13,158 nucleotides of DNA, taken from assembly GCA_963768425.1 (NCBI GenBank), contig CAVYHV010000021.1:1-13158 (forward strand), read 5' to 3'. Made by a program: the position numbers and the translations under genes. Under the pieces are notes generated by a model. It worked only from the letters and a program-made list of their open reading frames with translations. It ran no database searches and was not told the origin of the DNA. This DNA comes from Candidatus Bathyarchaeota archaeon (GTDB lineage Archaea; Thermoproteota; Bathyarchaeia; Bathyarchaeales; Bathycorpusculaceae). This document shows, one piece after another, positions 7,458 to 13,158 of the stretch (position 1 is the stretch's first letter; every line of letters starts with the position of its first letter).

Positions 7458-8634
7458 TTTAGCCCAAATGTACTTCGACCATGCAGACGGCTTAATGGTG
7501 GCTATCGGAAGCGACGAAAAAACCGTCGACATGAACAATAAGGCATCAGAAATCCTCGGCGTCCCAAAAACGCATGTTTTAGGTAAAAACTGGTTTGACA
7601 CGTTTGTCCCCGAAAAGGAAAGAGAAGCAGCACGCCAATTTTTCCATGAAATGCTGAATGGTTCGCTTCGTCACGTGCATAACAAGTACCCGCTTGTAAC
7701 CCGCGATGGCAAAGTGAGAACGTTTGATTTCCACAATATTCTAGTAAGTGACAAAGGAGGAAAGACTGTAGGCACGCTTAGCTCAGGAAACGACGTTACA
7801 GAGAGCACTGTTCATAAAGAGGTTGAGAATCGGCTTCAAACTTCGCTGGATTTTGTCATTGAAGGTTGCCAAATTATCGATTTTGACTGGCGGTACGTCT
7901 ACGTCAACGAGGCAGCCGCTAAGCAAGTGCGAAAGAAGAAGGAGGAACTTCTGGGTTACACGATGATGCAGGTTTACCCCGACATCGAAAAAACCGAAAT
8001 GTTCAGCAACCTTCGAAACTGCATGACAAATCGTGTTTCCCACCAAATGGACAATGAGTTCGCGTTTCCAGATTGCAGCAAAGCCTGGTTTGAACTGCAC
8101 ATGGAACCTGTGCCTGAGGGACTTTTAATTTTATCTATGGACATCACCAGAAGCAAATTGATCGAAACGGAACTTGCGGGTTACAGGACCAGGCTTGAGC
8201 AAGTGGTGGCACAAAAAACAGCTGAATGCGCTCAGACAAACGAAGAGCTAACGAGAAAAATCGAGGAACAACAGAAAACAGACGATGCACTAAAACTAAG
8301 TGCAACAATTCTTGACAACGCACAGGAAGCGATATTTCTTGCCAACATAAAAGGCGATTTTGTGTACGCCAACGGCGCTGCACTGGAAGCTTACGGCTAC
8401 AGTCTTGACGAATTTCTCAACATGAACATGCGTGTCCTGCTGCCATCCAAAGACGCATCCTCGCTAGATAGCTTGCTAAAGCATATTATCGAGAAGAAAA
8501 AAGAGGCAAGCCTTGAAATGGTGCACGTGCGGAAAGGCGGCGCAGAAATGCCGGTGAAGGTGTACTCTAACATGGTAAAAACGGTGCATGGGCAATTCAT
8601 CGTTTTCGTTGTGCGCAGACTCTTTCGTCGTTAA
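7438..8634 (+). CDS. PAS-domain protein (PAS-PAS-coiled coil-PAS) with no output domain (~398 aa; alternative starts 7408, 7414, 7441)
   Basis: Three PAS-like units: MNNKASEILG..GKNWFDTFVP..NDVTE, YVNEAA..EELLG..MDITR and YANGAALEAYGYSLDEF..HVRKGG. A heptad segment LEQVVAQKTAECAQTNEELTRKIEE lies between the second and third. GGGGGA at 7428-7433 precedes GTG 7438 and TTG 7441, and the start overlaps the glgP 3' end. Confidence 0.88.
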   Translation: MLEKQNNLAQMYFDHADGLMVAIGSDEKTVDMNNKASEILGVPKTHVLGKNWFDTFVPEKEREAARQFFHEMLNGSLRHVHNKYPLVTRDGKVRTFDFHNILVSDKGGKTVGTLSSGNDVTESTVHKEVENRLQTSLDFVIEGCQIIDFDWRYVYVNEAAAKQVRKKKEELLGYTMMQVYPDIEKTEMFSNLRNCMTNRVSHQMDNEFAFPDCSKAWFELHMEPVPEGLLILSMDITRSKLIETELAGYRTRLEQVVAQKTAECAQTNEELTRKIEEQQKTDDALKLSATILDNAQEAIFLANIKGDFVYANGAALEAYGYSLDEFLNMNMRVLLPSKDASSLDSLLKHIIEKKKEASLEMVHVRKGGAEMPVKVYSNMVKTVHGQFIVFVVRRLFRR

Positions 8635-8791
8635 GTTTCAGCTGGGAAAACTTTAGAATGGCGCGGTTCAAACAAAAGTCGAGAAGGCATCCAGCGAAGT
8701 GTGTTCTTCTTGCAGAACAGTCTGTTCTTTGGGGAGAGTAATATTTACCGTATGCCATTTAAGCTTGGAAATCAAGTGGGATGCGGAGAAC

Positions 8792-9910
8792 ATGAAGAGA
8801 GAACTCATCAAAAGTCTGGCCCTAATCGCGATTTTAATCGCCATGGCAGGTATTACTAACATCCATGAAACCCAAGCAATCAAGACACTTATTGTTCCCG
8901 ACCAGTACCCAACCATAGGCGCCGCCGTCGAATCAGCCTCCTCAGGCGATGTAGTTTACGTTAAAAGCGGAGTTTACAATGAAAACGTGGTAGTCAACAA
9001 GCAATTGACCCTTGAGGGTCAAAGCAGCGCAAACACGACTATTTTAGGAAACGGCGGCTCAACCCCGACGGCAGTTCTCATTTTATCGGCAGACAACGTG
9101 AAGGTAACAGGCTTCACATTAGAAAGCCGCAACTACTCAGTAACCACGATGACTGCATACGGCATCTGGGTTGACGCCAACAACTGCACAATAACCGGCA
9201 ACATCGTCGATCACACCTACACAGGCATCTTTTCCTCAACCCAAGCCTACACAACCATCACAGAGAACACTATAGAAAACAGCATCAAAAACGGCATCGG
9301 TTTCTATGGCGGTTCCCAAAGCGTCGTATCAGAAAATAACGTGGTTGGGAACGCAGTGTCAGGCATCGAGATGGCAGGTTACTCAAACGTGATTTCTAAT
9401 AACAATATTGTGGACAACTTTAGAGGGGTCGGTTTAGGCGCATCTTACTCCGTGCTTTTCGGCAACAACATTGCCTCCAACGCTGAAAGCGGAGTCTTTC
9501 TCGCGGGTTCCAAAAACATCATTTCGGAAAACAACCTAACAAGCAACAAGTACGGCGTTTTTGTCACGCCACAACTAACTGCTCCACTCTCAAACGAAAT
9601 ATTCCACAATAACTTTGTAAACAATCTCCATAATGCATACGACAATTCTTCAGCCTTGATCGAAACATGGGACAACGGCGCCAAATCAGGCGGAAACTAT
9701 TGGAGCGACTACCTGACAAATTACCCCGACGCTTCGAAATCTGGATCAGGATTTGGAAACACAGCATACGTAATCAACACCAACAACCAAGACAATTATC
9801 CAATATTGTCTCCGTTCAGCATGTCAAACTTAGGCAACCCGCCAACAGCAATCGCCCCACCGACGGCACAGTCAAAGCGTTGTCGCGTCATGGTCACTTG
9901 GCACAGTTGA
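8792..9910 (+). CDS. Right-handed parallel beta-helix (NosD/CASH-like) surface protein, N-terminal part; probably continuous with 9879..10631 across a frameshift
   Basis: ATG 8792 follows GGAGA. Signal peptide MKRELIKSLALIAILIAMAG, then IVPDQYPTI..A.SGDVVYVKSGVYNENVVVNK, repeated I.xN.I.xN..GI beta-helix turns, and IFHNNF..WDNG...GNYWSDY..DNYP. Confidence 0.88.
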   Translation: MKRELIKSLALIAILIAMAGITNIHETQAIKTLIVPDQYPTIGAAVESASSGDVVYVKSGVYNENVVVNKQLTLEGQSSANTTILGNGGSTPTAVLILSADNVKVTGFTLESRNYSVTTMTAYGIWVDANNCTITGNIVDHTYTGIFSSTQAYTTITENTIENSIKNGIGFYGGSQSVVSENNVVGNAVSGIEMAGYSNVISNNNIVDNFRGVGLGASYSVLFGNNIASNAESGVFLAGSKNIISENNLTSNKYGVFVTPQLTAPLSNEIFHNNFVNNLHNAYDNSSALIETWDNGAKSGGNYWSDYLTNYPDASKSGSGFGNTAYVINTNNQDNYPILSPFSMSNLGNPPTAIAPPTAQSKRCRVMVTWHS

Positions 9911-10631
9911 AGCTAGTCTCGTGTCGCCTGACGGAACGGGTTGTAACCCCGCCATTCTAGGGTCCGAAACGCCCGTGTACAATAACACGCCTGCGCTGGT
10001 TCAAGGCAAATTCGGTGAGGCATTGAACTTCACGGGTAACGTCTTCGCAACCGTGCAGCCTTCCCCGAGCCTTCAAACCCCAAATGATATAACGATTGAT
10101 GCATGGGTGAATGTTCAAGCAATCAAAGGAGGCGTACCATACAACAACATCTTTATAGAAGCCGTCAGAACTACAGCCGCTTTACCAACCAGACTGCTAG
10201 GGCTAGCCATTAACGGTCAAACACCCGAAAACGCAAGTTCTCCCGCTATAGGAGCACTCCGTGGCTACGTTGTCACACCAAGCGGCTTAAACGAAATTGA
10301 CACAGTAGCGGTGCTGCCGAACGATACGTGGGTTCACGTAGTTTTCACCCGAAGCACTTCAACTGGAATGCACATTTATGTCAACGGGAAAGAACAAGCC
10401 GTGACGGTCGCCTATGGAACAGAAGACCCTACAGGACAAGTACCGAACCCAACCGACATCTACATCGGGCACGACTCAAAAACCGAAATAGAAAACCTTC
10501 AAATCAGCAACACCGCTATCCAACAAACTCAGCCTTTGTGGATGCAATGGTGGCTCTGGACAATCATAATTGCTGCTGCTTTGGCAAGCGGTTTGATACT
10601 CTCCAGAAAACGTCTAAGAACTACTGATTAG
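9879..10631 (+). CDS. LamG-like (ConA-like jelly-roll) domain plus C-terminal TM anchor; C-terminal part of the beta-helix protein (ORF track start 9921)
   Basis: The frame reads VVASWSL from 9879, resembling the LamG N-terminal 'LVAYW.F' motif. It continues with GKFGEALNF, ITIDAWVN, TWVHVVFT..MHIYVNG and IYIG, and ends in WWLWTIIIAAALASGLIL-SRKR (TM plus basic tail). Confidence 0.82.
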   Translation, partial: VVASWSLGTVEASLVSPDGTGCNPAILGSETPVYNNTPALVQGKFGEALNFTGNVFATVQPSPSLQTPNDITIDAWVNVQAIKGGVPYNNIFIEAVRTTAALPTRLLGLAINGQTPENASSPAIGALRGYVVTPSGLNEIDTVAVLPNDTWVHVVFTRSTSTGMHIYVNGKEQAVTVAYGTEDPTGQVPNPTDIYIGHDSKTEIENLQISNTAIQQTQPLWMQWWLWTIIIAAALASGLILSRKRLRTTD

Positions 10632-10679
10632 TCTCAAAATTAACTGTTTATTGGAATTTAGCCGACAAAGCAAGGGAGA

Positions 10680-11963
10680 CTAAGAAGATAATTTGTCTAT
10701 TGTAACCGGAACGGTTTGTGTTTGCCCATCCCGCACTACTGTGAAGTTAATGGTTTGCCCCGGCAGTGCGTTCTCTTCCAAATAAGATAGAAGCGAATCG
10801 GTGTTGGTTATTGGGGTTCCGTTTATGCCGATGATGATGTCGCCGCCTGTGACTACGTTTTGACCTAAAATCGTCGTTTGAGTTGTGCCGCCTTTGAGAC
10901 CGTTCTGAGTTGAAACACTTTCAACAAGGAAACCGTAAGTAACATCCACATGCATTGCCTGGGCAATCTGATAACTCATGTCTACACCTGTAGTGTCAAT
11001 TGAGGGATGATTGTTGTATGTGCCCGTGGATACGATCGTGCTGAGTTCACGCATAATCGTGGCAGATGGAATTGCGAATCCTAACCCATTTGAGTTGCTG
11101 ACGGCCGCAGTGGTTATGCCGACAACTTCGCCCGCGTAGTCAAGGAGTGGCCCGCCTGAATTTCCAGGGTTAATCGGGGTGCTAGTTTGGATGGTATCGG
11201 GGATTGTAGGACCTGCACTGCCGTCAGATCCAGTTTCCGAGAGGGTTCTTCCCAACGAGCTGATTACGCCCGTCGTCAAAGTCCCCTGTAGACCATAGGG
11301 TGAACCGACTGCGACAACCGGTTGACCCACTTGCAAACCATCGGAGCTGACAATGATTAAAGGTGTCAAGCCGCTTGGCATCGGGTTAATGGTGAGAACT
11401 GCGAGGTCTGCTAAAGGATCAGAGCCTTTCACTGTTCCAGGGTAAGTCGCATCCGTCAGCGAAGGTTACGGTTATGTTAGTGGCATCAAGGACGACGTGG
11501 TTGTTAGTGACTATAACCAGTTGATTGTTTACTGAAGTGACGAACCCTGAACCCTGCTGTTCACTGTAGCCTGCCAACGCACCAAAGAAACTGTATTCGG
11601 GCACCAGGTCTTGAATCACAACTACCGATGATTTAACTTGTGCGTAGAGAGTGGATAGCGAAGAATTGTAGCCTATGATGTAGGTGGCGTTCGGAAAAGT
11701 ATTGTAGGTATTGTTTTGTGTATGCGACGCCAACTCACTCTCAATGCTTGTAAGTTTGCTGTTGAAAGAGGAATAGCTTATTGCGTAGCCGACTAAGCCG
11801 CCTACAACCAAACATACCAGAAGAAGACCAACTATTACTAATGCTGAGAAACGCCTGGTTTTTTTCGGTTCCGGCGCGCGTTCATGGGGTTGTTCAGGAG
11901 GTTGCTCCGGCGGAATAATTGGAGGAGGAATCTGGGGAATTTTGGGATCGGGGGGTTTTCCAT
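10680..11963 (-). CDS. htrA: HtrA/DegP-like membrane-anchored trypsin-type serine protease with PDZ domain (~427 aa); interrupted by two single-base frameshifts as sequenced
   Basis: The catalytic triad is spread over two frames: QGSGF..VTNNHVV (His, ORF 11419..11811), then DLAV (Asp), IQT..PINPGNSGGPL (Ser) and PDZ GGDIIIGING (ORF 10680..11432). Upstream of 11811 the frame reads a Pro-rich segment and TM helix (PPDPKIPQIPPP..KKTRRFSALVIVGLLLVCLVVGG). That segment joins ATG 11963 if one base is restored in the G6/T4 run. Confidence 0.88.
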
Positions 11964-11984
11964 AAAAACACTTCTCAACTGAAA

Positions 11985-12000
11985 GAAATTAAAGGGTTTT
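11985..12000 (-). promoter_or_regulatory. Putative BRE/TATA promoter of the htrA-like gene
   Basis: The minus strand reads AAAACCCTTTAATTTC, with TTTAAT starting 30 nt before ATG 11963. This fits a short-leader archaeal transcript. Confidence 0.4.
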
Positions 12001-12021
12001 GTTTAGGCTGAATGATTTCAC

Positions 12022-12825
12022 TCAGAATACTTCATCATTTGAGTAGATTGGTTTTTGACAGCTAGGACATTTATCGTCACTTAACTTAATGGCCGCTCCG
12101 CAGGATGGGCAAATGTGGTTCTTTTTCATCGCATGCGTGCCTTGTTTTTCCTTGATTATTTTTCCGTCTCGCAGAAGCAACATTCGCTCCGTATGATGTG
12201 CCGCTTCACCGTCATGCGTAACCATGATAATGGTGGTGCCTTGAGTCACGTTGAGGTTTGCGAGAAGCTTTATGATTCCCTGCTTGTTTTGCGTGTCCAA
12301 GTTTCCTGTAGGTTCATCAGCTAAAATTATTGCGGGGTTATTCGCTAGGGCACGGGCTATGGCTACTCGTTGTTGTTCTCCTGCACTGAGCTTTTGCGGT
12401 CGATGCTCTTCTCTTCCTGAAAGACCAACCATTGCCAAAAGTTCACTTGCTTTTTTCCTGCGTTCACTTTTTGATTGGATTCTTCCTTCCATAGGTAACT
12501 CCACGTTTTCCCTAGCGTTCAGGTATGGCAGCAAGTTAAAAGTTTGGAATACAAACCCCATCTTGTCTCGTCTAATTTTGTAGAGTTCATTTTCAGGCAT
12601 ATCCGTAACATCAACGCCGTCTATTAGAATTTGACCGTTTGTGGGCTTGTCGATGCAGCCAATCACGTTAAGCAGCGTTGTTTTGCCTGAGCCTGATGGA
12701 CCCATAATTGCAACGAACTCGCCAGCAGTCACCGTCAGATTCAGGTTTGACAAAGCTGGCACGGTGCGTTTGCCAAGAGTGTACGTTTTGCTTAGTTTTT
12801 CTAGTTGCAGCACTGGTTTACTCAT
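12022..12825 (-). CDS. ABC transporter ATP-binding protein, LolD/MacB/FtsE family, with C-terminal zinc ribbon
   Basis: Walker [10 protein letters not shown]-loop GFVFQTFNL, signature LSAGEQQRV, Walker [12 protein letters not shown] and H-loop VTHD. The C-terminus has CPSC-x10-CPSC. Confidence 0.95.
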   Translation of the reverse strand: MSKPVLQLEKLSKTYTLGKRTVPALSNLNLTVTAGEFVAIMGPSGSGKTTLLNVIGCIDKPTNGQILIDGVDVTDMPENELYKIRRDKMGFVFQTFNLLPYLNARENVELPMEGRIQSKSERRKKASELLAMVGLSGREEHRPQKLSAGEQQRVAIARALANNPAIILADEPTGNLDTQNKQGIIKLLANLNVTQGTTIIMVTHDGEAAHHTERMLLLRDGKIIKEKQGTHAMKKNHICPSCGAAIKLSDDKCPSCQKPIYSNDEVF

Positions 12826-13158
12826 ATTTCATTGCCTCCGCAGGTTTTATTTTTGCTGCTCTCCAAGCAGGATACAGACTGCCTAAGTGTCCCGAGCAAT
12901 ATGGCTACACCTAAACCTATCAGTATAAGCTCTGGACTGACAGCTACAGAACTTGCTGCAGCGCCTACGGCTCCGAATCCTGCCGCTCTGCTGATTGTTG
13001 GAGTTATTTGCAGCAGAGACGTAAGTCTTGGCGCAGCGACGACGCCTATGGCTATGCCGACTACGCCTGCAATCGCACTTAACATTACGCCTTCAAGCAT
13101 GAATTGACTCATGACAGCCGAATTGCTGAAGCCTATGGCTTTGAGCGTTCCGATTTAC
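12818..13158 (-). CDS. ABC transporter permease, FtsX/MacB family, 3' end (runs off the window; contains apparent single-base insertions)
   Basis: Reads IGTLKAIGFSNSAVMSQFMLEGVMLSAIAGVVG followed by TM segments. Removing one base at ~12885 gives the canonical end [22 protein letters not shown] with the stop at 12820-12818. It overlaps the ATPase start (ATGAGTAA). Confidence 0.88.

Noticed and set aside
4532-8600. Short antisense or alternative-frame ORFs over the secreted protein, glgP and the PAS gene (e.g. 5221..5586, 6945..7601, 7783..8100)
   Set aside because: They overlap confident genes and have no recognisable domains.
8605-8660. Possibility that the PAS protein continues into a kinase domain through a frameshift
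   Set aside because: The +1 frame stops within about 13 codons (DSFVVKFQLGKL*), and the 157-bp gap cannot hold an output domain.
8714-8728. Match to the eukaryotic steroid-response element consensus AGAACAnnnTGTTCT
   Set aside because: Coincidental in a prokaryotic context. It is kept only as a generic dyad.
8699-8791. N-terminal extensions given by the ORF track (8699 here; also 4235 and 4512)
   Set aside because: The downstream ATGs (8792, 4193, 4605) fit RBS, signal-peptide or domain boundaries better.
9834-9880. Programmed ribosomal frameshift between the beta-helix and LamG-like domains
   Set aside because: There is no X XXY YYZ slippery heptamer at the inferred site and the required shift is +1. 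Four similar lesions nearby point to sequencing error.
12115-13107. Plus-strand ORFs opposite the ABC genes
   Set aside because: Antisense shadows without motifs.

Overview
Gene-dense archaeal-looking DNA. TATA-like boxes, a REC-multiPAS-histidine kinase and a NosD-type surface protein suggest a Bathyarchaeia-like genome, which is my inference from protein style and not a database result. In order, the window holds: a small winged-HTH regulator, a 2-TM membrane protein, a 1103-aa REC-(PAS)x6 hybrid histidine kinase, a secreted hypothetical protein, an alpha-glucan phosphorylase overlapping a 3-PAS protein with no output domain, a beta-helix (NosD-like) plus LamG-like membrane-anchored surface protein, an HtrA/DegP-like protease, a LolD/MacB-type ABC ATPase with a C-terminal zinc ribbon, and the 3' end of its FtsX/MacB-type permease. 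Five single-base lesions cluster in the last 3.3 kb (~9875, ~11451, ~11953, ~12885, ~13157) and are most likely sequencing errors, so several split ORFs are really single genes. I saw no RNA genes, CRISPR arrays or mobile elements. The best candidates for undescribed biology are the phosphorylase/PAS-only gene pair, a TTNTGGTGCA motif repeated in promoters, several intergenic dyads and the zinc-ribbon ABC ATPase.
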